Shown: in pieces, positions 9,376-18,170 of the stretch
How positions within the stretch are numbered: the first letter of the stretch is position 1
Layout of the letters: every line of letters starts with the position of its first letter
NCBI GenBank assembly: GCA_020057295.1
Contig: JAGVGF010000002.1
Span: 1 to 64,000, forward strand
Length of the DNA stretch: 64,000 bases
Reading direction: 5' to 3'
From: an archaeon
Lineage (GTDB): Archaea; Nanobdellota; Nanobdellia; Woesearchaeales; UBA9642
Notes under the pieces: generated by a model
What the model was told of the DNA's origin: nothing
What the model saw: the letters and a program-made list of their open reading frames with translations, nothing else
The model's database searches: none
Program-made: the position numbers and the translations under genes

Positions 9376-9897
9376 CTAGTGTTTTGAGGCTTTTGCTAAA
9401 GAGTCTAATGCTATATCTCTTCTTTCATCCTTTAGATTTCCTTTCGATATTTCATCATGTGTGTCTCTATCGAATATGTCTTTTGATGGATTCTTATACT
9501 CGTAACCTGTCATGTGTTTGAATGTGTTTCTTCTATATCCATATCCCATGTATGGATATATTCTTTCTGCAATCCTTTCTAGCTGCTGTTCTAATTTTAA
9601 GTATGCCGTCTGTACATCATATTCTTTTAATCCTTTTAGCTTGCCTGATTTTGCAAGTTCAAGTTTTTTTACATCGTAGAAATCCATTAATGCACATGCC
9701 CTGTCTAAATCTTGTTCTACAGCATCCCTATTTATTCCTGGACTAATTCTTTCTTTCCATTCTAGATATGCGTCTCTGATTTGTAATATTCCAAACTTTG
9801 CATTGTCTAAATGTGCAGCCATTAACGCTTCCGCTAATTGTCTTGGTCTTATTTCAAATCTTTCATCTGCAGTTTTTAATGTGTCTACTAAACTCAT
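9376..9897 (-). CDS. hypothetical protein
   Basis: 173-aa ORF, no recognisable motif. Confidence 0.65.
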   Translation of the reverse strand: MSLVDTLKTADERFEIRPRQLAEALMAAHLDNAKFGILQIRDAYLEWKERISPGINRDAVEQDLDRACALMDFYDVKKLELAKSGKLKGLKEYDVQTAYLKLEQQLERIAERIYPYMGYGYRRNTFKHMTGYEYKNPSKDIFDRDTHDEISKGNLKDERRDIALDSLAKASKH

Positions 9898-9957
9898 GTT
9901 CGTTGTAGTAATAATTCATTTAAAAAGATTGCGGTTTGTAGCCACTTAGAAGTAACA

Positions 9958-10479
9958 CTAATTATATGTGTCTTTTATGCTCTTTAGAACTAATTCCATA
10001 GGATTAACTTTTTGTCCGACTGTTTTTTCTACTATGTCTGTTTGAGGTGTGTTTGTTGGTTCAAAATTTAATGTTTTCCTAAAATAATTTCTAATTCTTC
10101 TCTCGCTCTTTCCTAAAGTTATTATCTCAAATGATAATGCGTCTTCAGGAGTCATTCCCATCGTATGATAATCTGCAATGCCAGCGAACATATCAAAAAT
10201 TTCTAAAACATCCTTATGGACTTTAACTATTTGACCTTTATATTTTAATAACTGTAAATTTTCTTCAGGATATTCTTGACCTGAAAACTGTATTTCATGA
10301 TATCCTGCTAACATTCTTACAAGTCCGTTAGAATCTCTTTTTACAACCATCTCATCTAATTTTACTAAAATATCTTTATAATGCAAATGTGTACGCCTAA
10401 CATTACCTTCTATTTCTACAGAATACTTGTTTTCTAAAGGATTGCTCTCATCAAACATACTAACCATATTCATGAGCAA
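9958..10479 (-). CDS. hypothetical protein
   Basis: 173-aa ORF, start uncertain. Confidence 0.6.
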   Translation of the reverse strand: MLMNMVSMFDESNPLENKYSVEIEGNVRRTHLHYKDILVKLDEMVVKRDSNGLVRMLAGYHEIQFSGQEYPEENLQLLKYKGQIVKVHKDVLEIFDMFAGIADYHTMGMTPEDALSFEIITLGKSERRIRNYFRKTLNFEPTNTPQTDIVEKTVGQKVNPMELVLKSIKDTYN

Positions 10480-10512
10480 TTTATAAATTTTTCACTATTC
10501 AATGAGGATTAT

Positions 10513-10533
10513 TTCTCGCAAACTTTACGAAAA
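10513..10533. repeat. 21-bp imperfect palindrome, copy A (TTCTCGCAAACTTTACGAAAA)
   Basis: Shares AAACTTTACGAAAA with copy B at 11250-11270. Confidence 0.6.
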
Positions 10534-10588
10534 CTCTCGAGCAAGGTTAATATAAGATATGCTATTATCTTAGTTTAACCACAAAATA

Positions 10589-10618
10589 TATAAACGTAAT
10601 TACGTTTATAAACGTAAT
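10589..10618. promoter_or_regulatory. putative antitoxin operator overlapping TATA box
   Basis: Two overlapping perfect palindromes, TATAAACGTAATTACGTTTATA and ATTACGTTTATAAACGTAAT, directly upstream of the antitoxin SD. Confidence 0.7.
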
Positions 10619-10633
10619 ATACGAGGTGGTAAT

Positions 10634-10882
10634 ATGGTAAGTCTGACATTAAGCGTAAGCCCTGACTTGAAGGCAAAAATGGATCAATTTCCAGAATTAA
10701 ATTGGTCTGAAGTAGCTAGGAATGCTATAGAAAAAAAAATTGTATTATTACAGAAATTAGAGGAATTCAAAAAAGATAGTGAAGCTACTGATGAAGATGT
10801 AATGATACTAAGCAAGAAAGTCAAGATAGGAATGGCTAAACGCTTCAGAGAATCGGTGAAGCGCAATGGACGTAGTAATTGA
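10634..10882 (+). CDS. ribbon-helix-helix antitoxin (VapB-like)
   Basis: LTLSVSPDLK..M..FPELNWSEVAR; overlaps PIN gene. Confidence 0.8.
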   Translation: MVSLTLSVSPDLKAKMDQFPELNWSEVARNAIEKKIVLLQKLEEFKKDSEATDEDVMILSKKVKIGMAKRFRESVKRNGRSN

Positions 10883-11258
10883 TGCAAATATAATTTTTTC
10901 TATACTAATAAAAAAAGGCTTTAATGATAAAATATTGATTGAAAAAGAAATCCATATTTATGCTCCTTTTTATCTTAAGGAAGAATTGCTTGAACATTCT
11001 GATGAGATTTTATTTAAGACACACAGATCTTATGAAGAATTCTTAGAAATTTTTAAAATGTTAATGGAACAAATAGAATTTGTTGATTTTGAATTAAAAC
11101 ATTACATTGCTGCTTCTAAAATATGCTCTGATAAAGATGATGTTCCTTATGTTGCTTTAGCATTAAAATTAAATTTACCCATATGGTCCGAAGATAAGAT
11201 ATTGAAGAAAGACTTTATTAAAGTATATAATACTAAAGAATTAGTTAATTTTCCGTAA
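10866..11258 (+). CDS. PIN-domain toxin (VapC-like)
   Basis: VVIDANII, DKDDVPYVALA, WSED. Confidence 0.9.
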   Translation: MDVVIDANIIFSILIKKGFNDKILIEKEIHIYAPFYLKEELLEHSDEILFKTHRSYEEFLEIFKMLMEQIEFVDFELKHYIAASKICSDKDDVPYVALALKLNLPIWSEDKILKKDFIKVYNTKELVNFP

Positions 11259-11270
11259 ACTTTACGAAAA
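11250..11270. repeat. 21-bp imperfect palindrome, copy B (TTTCCGTAAACTTTACGAAAA)
   Basis: Overlaps PIN gene stop codon; one mismatch from a perfect palindrome. Confidence 0.6.
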
Positions 11271-11360
11271 TTTGCTCTAAATACTTATTAAGAAGATATT
11301 ATTCTTTATTTCATGGTTAACGAAAACTATATAAATAAGTCTGACTTAGTCGAACTTAGT

Positions 11361-11630
11361 ATGGTAAATGCACTTGTAACTTTAGACGAAAATACTAATA
11401 GAGTTCTAAATACTGTAAAGTCTAAATATAATTTAAAGGATAAAGGCGAAGCCATAACTTTTGTAGTTAACCATTATATTGAAGAGGTTAACGAGCCTGA
11501 ATTACGACCAGAATTTATCAAAGAATTAGAACGTATTAGAAAGGGCAAGTTCTATTCTTATAATTCTATAGAAGAATTAAAGGCTGATATAGCAAAAAAT
11601 GCGAAAGTTTCAGTTAAGCGAAGATCTTAG
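11361..11630 (+). CDS. antitoxin (DUF2683-like)
   Basis: NRVLNTVKSKYNLKDKGEAI...EPELRPEF; likely ATG 11361 after ACTTAGT repeats; overlaps RelE-like gene. Confidence 0.75.
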   Translation: MVNALVTLDENTNRVLNTVKSKYNLKDKGEAITFVVNHYIEEVNEPELRPEFIKELERIRKGKFYSYNSIEELKADIAKNAKVSVKRRS

Positions 11631-11853
11631 AATTGTATTGTTTAAACTATCTGTAAAAGATAATGTTTTACATGATAGAGTCATGAAGAAAATTTATGAA
11701 ATATGCTCTAGTGATGATCATTATAAAAATTTACGTCATGATATGAAAGGATTTAAACGCGTACATATCGGGCATTTCGTATTAATTTTTACCTATAACG
11801 ATAACTGTGTATACTTCTTTAAGTTTAAACATCATGATTATATTTATAAATGA
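11599..11853 (+). CDS. RelE/StbE-family toxin
   Basis: HYKNLRHDMKGFKRVHIGHFVLIF...HHDYIY. Confidence 0.85.
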   Translation: MRKFQLSEDLRIVLFKLSVKDNVLHDRVMKKIYEICSSDDHYKNLRHDMKGFKRVHIGHFVLIFTYNDNCVYFFKFKHHDYIYK

Positions 11854-11870
11854 TTAAAAGTTCTTCTTTA

Positions 11871-12137
11871 TGTGCTAGACTGGGCAGTTAGTCCTTGCCT
11901 GTTACCATAAACGGACTTTAGATGGAGTCGAAGCCTTCGGGGCGGTATGCAATTGTTGCATGGCCCTGGACGTACTGTCGATACTCTGTCCTCATTGACT
12001 GGTATTTCGATGAAAAGGATCAGAACAGGAATGGAGCAGTCCTAAATCATTATACTGGTGCTTTGAGGGTCGCGGAGAGGAGGGAAATCCAGGACAAACC
12101 ATACAATGATTGTACTATCCACCCGAAGGCGTGCACA
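11871..12137 (+). ncRNA. signal recognition particle (7S/SRP) RNA
   Basis: GC-rich island; terminal TGTGC/GCACA pairing; Alu domain with GGCAG/TTGCC helix, UGU motif and AGTCC/GGACT loop-loop pairing; helix 8 CAGAACAGGAATGGAGCAG; TTTATAAA box about 25 bp upstream. Confidence 0.88.
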
Positions 12138-12196
12138 CTACTTAATATTCTCACTGCACGTGATATTCAAGAAATTATATGAGTGAAAAAATAATC

Positions 12197-13084
12197 TTAA
12201 TCTGTAGTTTCTATTATATTAGCCAAGTCGTAAAGTTTTAGAATTAAATCTTCACTTATTTTATTTAGTCTATCTAATGTTTTTAATATATAAGAATTAT
12301 CATTAAGTAATTCTTTATGCTCTATAGGATATTTTGATATCTCTAGGTAAGAAGAGGATATTAAACACACAATTTGCATTCTAGGATGAAAAAATATTGG
12401 ACTAAGTTTCGAACTTTCTAATATTGTATCTATCAATTTTAATATATTGTCTTTATCAAAGCGTTTTAACACTGTGTATACATCAGAAATAAACTTCAAA
12501 CCGTAGTGATTATCTCTGTAAGCATAATATATCTTGTTTGAGTCAAATTCTTTTTTAAGATCGTTGTCAGTTTCTTCGCAAAATTTTAATAATTCTTCAA
12601 AATCTTCATTACTTAAAGTTGTCATATATTTTTGATAAGGTCTTATTTTTGTTTTTTTGTCTCTATATTTTATTATCTCTGTATATGATTTGAAATTATG
12701 ATAGAATAAATCGTTAGTGTATTCGGCTAGTGGAATTTCGAGTTCGACCTTATTCACTAAGTTAATTCCTATGTTTGGAGTGATGTGTCCTATCTTATTT
12801 TTTAGCTCTTCTGTAGTAACTGTGCCTGTAATGAGTCCATAAGCTTTCGCCATTTTTTCTACAGCGTGACACCAAGTATATAATGCATCGCAAGGATTAT
12901 TCTGAATTATTAACTTTGCAGAATCTAAAGTTTTTTTTGCATCCTCTAACCAAGCTCTACCATCACTTAGTTGATTTTTAGTAGTCTTTATCTTTATATC
13001 TAGTTGTCTTTGTAATCTTTTTTCAACATCTATATACGTAGGTTGAATATAAACTGGCGGATTAATCTTAGTATTGGTCTTCAT
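12197..13084 (-). CDS. HEPN-domain-like protein
   Basis: WLEDAKKTLDSAKL...ALY..CHAVEKMAKA...GH resembles the HEPN N-terminal helices. Confidence 0.6.
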   Translation of the reverse strand: MKTNTKINPPVYIQPTYIDVEKRLQRQLDIKIKTTKNQLSDGRAWLEDAKKTLDSAKLIIQNNPCDALYTWCHAVEKMAKAYGLITGTVTTEELKNKIGHITPNIGINLVNKVELEIPLAEYTNDLFYHNFKSYTEIIKYRDKKTKIRPYQKYMTTLSNEDFEELLKFCEETDNDLKKEFDSNKIYYAYRDNHYGLKFISDVYTVLKRFDKDNILKLIDTILESSKLSPIFFHPRMQIVCLISSSYLEISKYPIEHKELLNDNSYILKTLDRLNKISEDLILKLYDLANIIETTD

Positions 13085-13123
13085 TGTTGATGAATTTTTT
13101 CAAGGATAAAAATTTATCTGAAA

Positions 13124-13432
13124 CTACGTAGCTATAACCACAACAGCACATATAATAGAGATTACATAAAATACATAATATAATACGATAACTATATTCA
13201 ACAAATAATGGTGTGGGTTTATACGTGCCCACATTGCTTCAAGAAAATGCATTACGAACCAAAAGCAAACTCCTAAAATCATTATTAACAACGATTTATG
13301 TTGTAGTAAATTTAAATCATATCCCTTAACAGGTATAAAAAGAGAACCTATAAAGATTATTGTAGATACATAGATAATAAATCTTAGCGGGTTGTGTATT
13401 TTAAAATTTGTTAATATTCCTGTTTCTGACAT
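13124..13432 (-). CDS. small membrane protein
   Basis: Three hydrophobic segments. Confidence 0.6.
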   Translation of the reverse strand: MSETGILTNFKIHNPLRFIIYVSTIIFIGSLFIPVKGYDLNLLQHKSLLIMILGVCFWFVMHFLEAMWARINPHHYLLNIVIVLYYVFYVISIICAVVVIAT

Positions 13433-13464
13433 AAGATTTAGGAAGTGTATTCTTTATTTAAACT

Positions 13465-14160
13465 TTACTCTCTAAACACATACGAAGCTTTTACTTCGGG
13501 TAAGGATGTTGCGACTTGTTGGTTGAAGTATTCTGCTATTGCCTTATCGTATGATGCTGTTAGTGTGAATACTCTTCGTGCAAGTCTTAGTCTTTGTTCA
13601 AATGTTGTATTTCCTTCATTCTCTCGTAATGCTTCTACTATTCTACCATATTTTGCAGGGTCGCATACTGCTGCACAACTTGGGAAATTCTTTGCTGCAG
13701 CGCGTATCATTGTTGGTCCGCCTATGTCTATGTTTCCTCGTGCTTTCTCGAAACTAACATTACCAGCTATTACTTCCTCAAATGGATATAGATTTACTAC
13801 AACCATATCAATATAACGTGCATTATGTAATGTGTCAGCTAAATATTTTTGATGTTCAGGATTATTTCTCTCGCCGAGTATTCCTGCATGGATTTTTGGA
13901 TGTAATGTTTTTACTAGTCCGCCTTCCATTTCTGGAAATTCAGTGTATGATGCTACTTCCATTAGATTATATTCAAAATTATCTCCTAGAATAGCCTTTA
14001 TTCTAGTGTATGTTCCACCAGTTGATAATATTAATAAGTGTGGTTCTACTCTAAGTAATCCTGGAATGAATTCTTCCAAACCACTTTTATCAAATACACT
14101 TACTAGAATTGTTTTTACAGGAATCTTATAATCTACAGTACCTTTTAGATCTCTAATCAT
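13465..14160 (-). CDS. stand-alone IMP cyclohydrolase (PurH N-terminal, MGS-like domain)
   Basis: LVSVFDKSG, STGGT, GLVKTLHPKIHAGIL, VVNLYPF, DIGGPTMIRAAAKN; ends before transformylase domain. Confidence 0.88.
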   Translation of the reverse strand: MIRDLKGTVDYKIPVKTILVSVFDKSGLEEFIPGLLRVEPHLLILSTGGTYTRIKAILGDNFEYNLMEVASYTEFPEMEGGLVKTLHPKIHAGILGERNNPEHQKYLADTLHNARYIDMVVVNLYPFEEVIAGNVSFEKARGNIDIGGPTMIRAAAKNFPSCAAVCDPAKYGRIVEALRENEGNTTFEQRLRLARRVFTLTASYDKAIAEYFNQQVATSLPEVKASYVFRE

Positions 14161-14271
14161 GTTAATACCCCCTAAACTACTACACAATCATTAAAAGTAT
14201 ATTTAAAGTTTTCCTAGTCGTCATCAAGGCATGACAATAACATTTATATATTACTCATCCTAAAAAGTATC

Positions 14272-14646
14272 ATGGCAGACAAACCAGCTTTTCAAAATGA
14301 TTCATTAATAATAGATGAGAATTCAATCACAGCAGGAGATAAGAAGATTTACGTAAGTAATTTAGCTGGTTACATTTACAATAATGCGTTACCAAGAAGA
14401 ATATTTTGTATAGTATCATTCATCATAGGATGTGCAGGAATTTACTTATACTATCAATATTACAACATCCTAGCTGTAGGATTATTATCAGCTGTAATTG
14501 CTGCTGCGTCTTTAGCAATGTTCTTCAACAGTCAAGACACAATTACAATTCAATCTAATGCTAGCATTCTACAAATAAATTATCCATTAGGATTAAAGGA
14601 TAACATTAAAGAAATTCAAGATGCATTAGATAAGGTAAAGAAGTAA
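14272..14646 (+). CDS. hypothetical membrane protein
   Basis: Two TM helices flanked by soluble segments. Confidence 0.65.
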   Translation: MADKPAFQNDSLIIDENSITAGDKKIYVSNLAGYIYNNALPRRIFCIVSFIIGCAGIYLYYQYYNILAVGLLSAVIAAASLAMFFNSQDTITIQSNASILQINYPLGLKDNIKEIQDALDKVKK

Positions 14647-14677
14647 ACTTTAAATTCTTATACACTAATTACACGTT

Positions 14678-14992
14678 ATGAAAGTCCTTTTCGTATGTAA
14701 TCAAGGTGAAAATCGTAGCAAGACAGCTGCGTTAATATTTAAAGATAGATTCGAAACTAGAGCTAAAGGATTATATAATAATTTGTTGAAGGAAGAGGAT
14801 CTAGAATGGGCAGATATGATTATTGTCATGGAAGATCATCAAAGAAAGACAATCTCAGAAAGATTTCCTAAATCATATCTAAAAAAGAAGATAATTTCTC
14901 TTGATATTCCTGATGTATATTATTATAATCAAGAATCATTAATTCATGTTCTAAATGATAAGTTTACTCAAGCCATTCATGAAATTGCTTAA
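14678..14992 (+). CDS. low-molecular-weight protein-tyrosine-phosphatase-like protein
   Basis: VLFVCNQGENRS (Cx5R), WAD.I.VME, LDIPD. Confidence 0.88.
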   Translation: MKVLFVCNQGENRSKTAALIFKDRFETRAKGLYNNLLKEEDLEWADMIIVMEDHQRKTISERFPKSYLKKKIISLDIPDVYYYNQESLIHVLNDKFTQAIHEIA

Positions 14993-15116
14993 GTGCCTCT
15001 TCTTTATTATTAAATATCTTAGTTTCTGAAGTATAATATTCAGGCAATCGACGTGTAACTTTATACTTCAAACCATCTTTATGTTTTAAAACTTTTAGTG
15101 TAACTTCCCAAGTCAT
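14964..15116 (-). CDS. 50-aa hypothetical protein (MTWEVTLKVLKHKDGLKYKVTRRLPEYYTSETKIFNNKEEALKQFHEWLE)
   Basis: Manual translation; below ORF-track cutoff; fills a gap; globular-looking composition. Confidence 0.65.
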   Translation of the reverse strand: MTWEVTLKVLKHKDGLKYKVTRRLPEYYTSETKIFNNKEEALKQFHEWLE

Positions 15117-15159
15117 AAGAGAAATCAATCTAGAATTCTTTATCTTAACTTCTAAAGAT

Positions 15160-15180
15160 TTTTCGTAAAATTTACGCTAG
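15160..15180. repeat. 21-bp imperfect palindrome, copy C (TTTTCGTAAAATTTACGCTAG)
   Basis: CGTAAA-N-TTTACG core shared with copy B (one mismatch in A). Confidence 0.45.
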
Positions 15181-15194
15181 AGCCGTAGATCTTT

Positions 15195-15221
15195 CTATCT
15201 AGCTCTCAATGCATGACAAAA
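15195..15221 (-). repeat. duplicate of msrAB 3' end (FCHALRAR-stop)
   Basis: 24/27 identical to 15535-15561; differences are synonymous (GCG/GCA, CTT/TTG). Confidence 0.8.
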
Positions 15222-15236
15222 TATCCGTTTACAGGT

Positions 15237-15482
15237 CTACTTCTTTCCAGATGGTGACATTGCTCCGACAATCAGAAGCACAAGACCAATCAAAGCCGCA
15301 GCAAAACTGACATACATCATGCTTTGGTATGTTGTGCAATCTTCTGTAACTTGTGGATTGAATAGTTGTCCTATTTTGCTTGCTGTAGTTCCGCAAGCGA
15401 CGTTCTTGCTATTGTACAGTACACCGCCAATCACGCCAACGATTAAAAGAACAATCCCTATAATTAAAAGAGTATTTTTCAT
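15237..15482 (-). CDS. small two-TM membrane protein
   Basis: Two TM helices with a two-Cys loop; GGGGGT SD. Confidence 0.75.
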   Translation of the reverse strand: MKNTLLIIGIVLLIVGVIGGVLYNSKNVACGTTASKIGQLFNPQVTEDCTTYQSMMYVSFAAALIGLVLLIVGAMSPSGKK

Positions 15483-15534
15483 GTTTGAACCCCCGACAAT
15501 GATATAATCAAGGATAATTTCTATTTAAACTTTC

Positions 15535-16455
15535 CTATCTAGCTCTAAGCGCATGACAAAAAGTGGAAGGATTTTTATTAATATAATCTTGATGATATTC
15601 TTCAGCTGGATGGAATGCAGAAGCAGGTTCAATTGTTGTAACAGCAGGAACATTAAATACTCCTGAAGCGTCAAAATATTGTTTACTACGAATTGCAATA
15701 TCTCTCTGTTCTTCAGAGAAGTAAAATATAGCACTACGATATTGTGTACCTTCATCAGGTCCTTGCTTATTTAGTTCTGTTGGGTCATGAACTCTCCAGA
15801 AATAATTTAGTAAATCAGAATAAGATATTTGTGTTGGATCAAAAACGATTAGTACAGATTCGGCGTGTCCAGTAGTTCCAGAACTCACTTGAGAGTAAGT
15901 TGGATTTGCAATCCATCCACCAGTATATCCTGCAGTTGTTGAAATAACTCCTGTTAAATTCTCCATTAAATGTTGCACACCCCAGAAACATCCTCCAGCA
16001 AATAATGCTTTAGAATAATTAAATAATGATTCATACTGTCCATAACCTGAAGAATTTAACGAAGCATAAGAAATAAATTTTAACGAAGCAGAATTTATAC
16101 AATAACGTAAAGAACCATTTGGTCCATCATCAAATACATGTCCTAAGTGCGACGCGTTCGTTCTAACTTCAGTTCTAATTCCGAATGAATCATCCTCTTT
16201 TTCATACAAAGAACTATTTGGAACAGGTTTTGTGAATGAAGGCCATCCAGTTCCAGAATCAAATTTATCTAAAGAACTAAATAATACTTCACCAGTATTT
16301 ACATCAACATATATTCCAGGCCTATGTTCATTCCAGTATGCATTATTGAATGCGGGTTCAGTTCCACATTGTTTAGTAACATAATCAGTCATGTTTGTTT
16401 TCATAGTAGTACATCCAGTTAATACTAATAGTAGTATTAGTATCCAATATTTCAT
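15535..16455 (-). CDS. msrAB: bifunctional methionine sulfoxide reductase MsrB-MsrA with lipobox-like signal
   Basis: [21 protein letters not shown] (MsrB); [18 protein letters not shown] (MsrA); LVLTGC N-terminus. Confidence 0.93.
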   Translation of the reverse strand: MKYWILILLLVLTGCTTMKTNMTDYVTKQCGTEPAFNNAYWNEHRPGIYVDVNTGEVLFSSLDKFDSGTGWPSFTKPVPNSSLYEKEDDSFGIRTEVRTNASHLGHVFDDGPNGSLRYCINSASLKFISYASLNSSGYGQYESLFNYSKALFAGGCFWGVQHLMENLTGVISTTAGYTGGWIANPTYSQVSSGTTGHAESVLIVFDPTQISYSDLLNYFWRVHDPTELNKQGPDEGTQYRSAIFYFSEEQRDIAIRSKQYFDASGVFNVPAVTTIEPASAFHPAEEYHQDYINKNPSTFCHALRAR

Positions 16456-16501
16456 AAAAACTAGAAGTAGGTATCTTTTATATACCTTATGAAAGATAGT
16501 C

Positions 16502-17812
16502 TTATAGATACTTCAATGCATAGAATAAGCATCCAATCTGAATCTTTATAAGATTTTTTATTGGAATTATTTTATATTTTGATTTTTTCTCTACATATTT
16601 GATGTTTCTTTCTATCTGTTTTTTAACTTCTTTGTCTAATTTAATTAATTCTTTAGTTTTCTTAGAATCTTCAAGTAATCTATGCAGTGCTCCGAGGTTT
16701 ATCGCGATGTAGAACTTTATCATGACATCCATTGTGAATTCCTCAGCGACGGTAGATTGCGCGGAATACTTCTTATCTTTTAACTTTCTAAGTTTTGCCT
16801 GTTGCTCTCTTATGTAAGCATGAGCCCCTCTGTAAAGCATCGTATAGAACGGTGATTTCTTATTTATCCCTTTAAGTTTCAGTACGTCGAGTATGAATTC
16901 TCTACTTGTAGTAGATTCAATCAGTTTTTTCCTGTTAACCTCTCTTCTTGTTTTTGAAATCTTGCTCTTATCCTCTACCTTCTTATCATACATATAAGGT
17001 ATCTCTCCAACAACGCCAAACATATCAGGAACAAGTTTTTTCACGTAATCTATACTAGGCTGTCCACCCTCCGTAGTCTTCCATGGCTTTTGCCCGTTCT
17101 CCTCCAAAAAATCATATATTTGCTCAAAGAACGGAACTATTGATATGGAATCATCAAGTTTCTTCATGAATGGATACATCTCATCGCCATTATCAAGTGG
17201 AACGTCAAGTCTCTTGCATAATCCCTTGATTTGTGAATAATATGTTTTTGGCATTTTATGCGATAATAAGAAGAATGCTCCGCTGAATCCTGCATTATGT
17301 AATGGATAGTTTATTTTAGGTTTTATTTTATCAATAAGTTTTCGTAGTGCATCGTTTTGTTTTGGAGATTTATTGAATGTGTATTTTTTGTACTTTATCG
17401 GAAACGACCATTCTGACTGGAGCATCGATGGTGAACGATAATATCCGTATGCATATTTTTTTATTGAGAATTTTCCTTTAAACCAAGGCTCGTTTAGTAT
17501 GACGCCGTCAGGATCTGAACATGGAACGATGTACCAAGTATATTTTTTTCTTAAATAGTCACTAGATTTTATTATTTTTATTAGTTCAAGAGAGGTAAGA
17601 CATCCTATTGGTTCATTTGGATGTGGTGCACCAAATATTAAAGCATTATTTTTTCCGTTTCCAAGTCTTGCGCAGAGAATCTTGTGACCATCCTCAGAGA
17701 CTCCAAGATTCAATATCTCATTTATGTCGCAAAGCCTTCTTAATTCATCATCAAGTTCATCAACAGTAAGAAATTCTTTATATTCTTTGACATTATCAAA
17801 CAATTCCTTCAT
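16502..17812 (-). CDS. M14-family zinc carboxypeptidase
   Basis: HPNE (HxxE), DPDG, LHN zinc ligands. Confidence 0.82.
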   Translation of the reverse strand: MKELFDNVKEYKEFLTVDELDDELRRLCDINEILNLGVSEDGHKILCARLGNGKNNALIFGAPHPNEPIGCLTSLELIKIIKSSDYLRKKYTWYIVPCSDPDGVILNEPWFKGKFSIKKYAYGYYRSPSMLQSEWSFPIKYKKYTFNKSPKQNDALRKLIDKIKPKINYPLHNAGFSGAFFLLSHKMPKTYYSQIKGLCKRLDVPLDNGDEMYPFMKKLDDSISIVPFFEQIYDFLEENGQKPWKTTEGGQPSIDYVKKLVPDMFGVVGEIPYMYDKKVEDKSKISKTRREVNRKKLIESTTSREFILDVLKLKGINKKSPFYTMLYRGAHAYIREQQAKLRKLKDKKYSAQSTVAEEFTMDVMIKFYIAINLGALHRLLEDSKKTKELIKLDKEVKKQIERNIKYVEKKSKYKIIPIKNLIKIQIGCLFYALKYL

Positions 17813-17863
17813 TAATAGAAAAATAGTGGTGTATTATTTAAATTTTATCTTATGAAAGATAAA

Positions 17864-18085
17864 CTAATCTTTTAGAAGTTCAACTAATGTCTTTTTGGAT
17901 TTTATTGATTCTTTATGTAATACTGCTGCTATCTCATACTTCTCTTCATGTACGGCATTCTTTTTCTCATATTCAGCATGGTATAAATCTACGATGCATC
18001 TGCACACATCTGTCGGCAATGATTGTGTCAGTTTATAGTATAGCTCGTTCAGTTCAGGACTAATATATATTCGTAACTGCTCCAT
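17864..18085 (-). CDS. small protein with UVR-like motif (paralog of 25252-25518)
   Basis: EKKNAVHEEKYEIAA resembles the UvrB/C coiled-coil motif; aligns ungapped to paralog. Confidence 0.7.
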   Translation of the reverse strand: MEQLRIYISPELNELYYKLTQSLPTDVCRCIVDLYHAEYEKKNAVHEEKYEIAAVLHKESIKSKKTLVELLKD

Positions 18086-18170
18086 ACAGTTAGGAGTACG
18101 CGTATATTTTTATTTATATTCACCCCCTTAGGGGCATAAAATATTTAAACAAGTACATCTATCTATTTTC

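Noticed and set aside
11922-12182. 86-aa ORF in the track
   Set aside because: Lies within the SRP RNA; the open frame reflects locally high GC
15195-15239. Readthrough fusion of the 81-aa ORF to the duplicated FCHALRAR tail (same frame after TAG)
   Set aside because: One-in-three chance of being in frame and no supporting signal
9376-15482. Integron cassette array hypothesis for the run of small genes and TA pairs
   Set aside because: No RYYYAAC...GTTRRRY attC structures between genes, mixed orientations, no IntI; the 10545-10580 repeat has GTT/AAC in the wrong order
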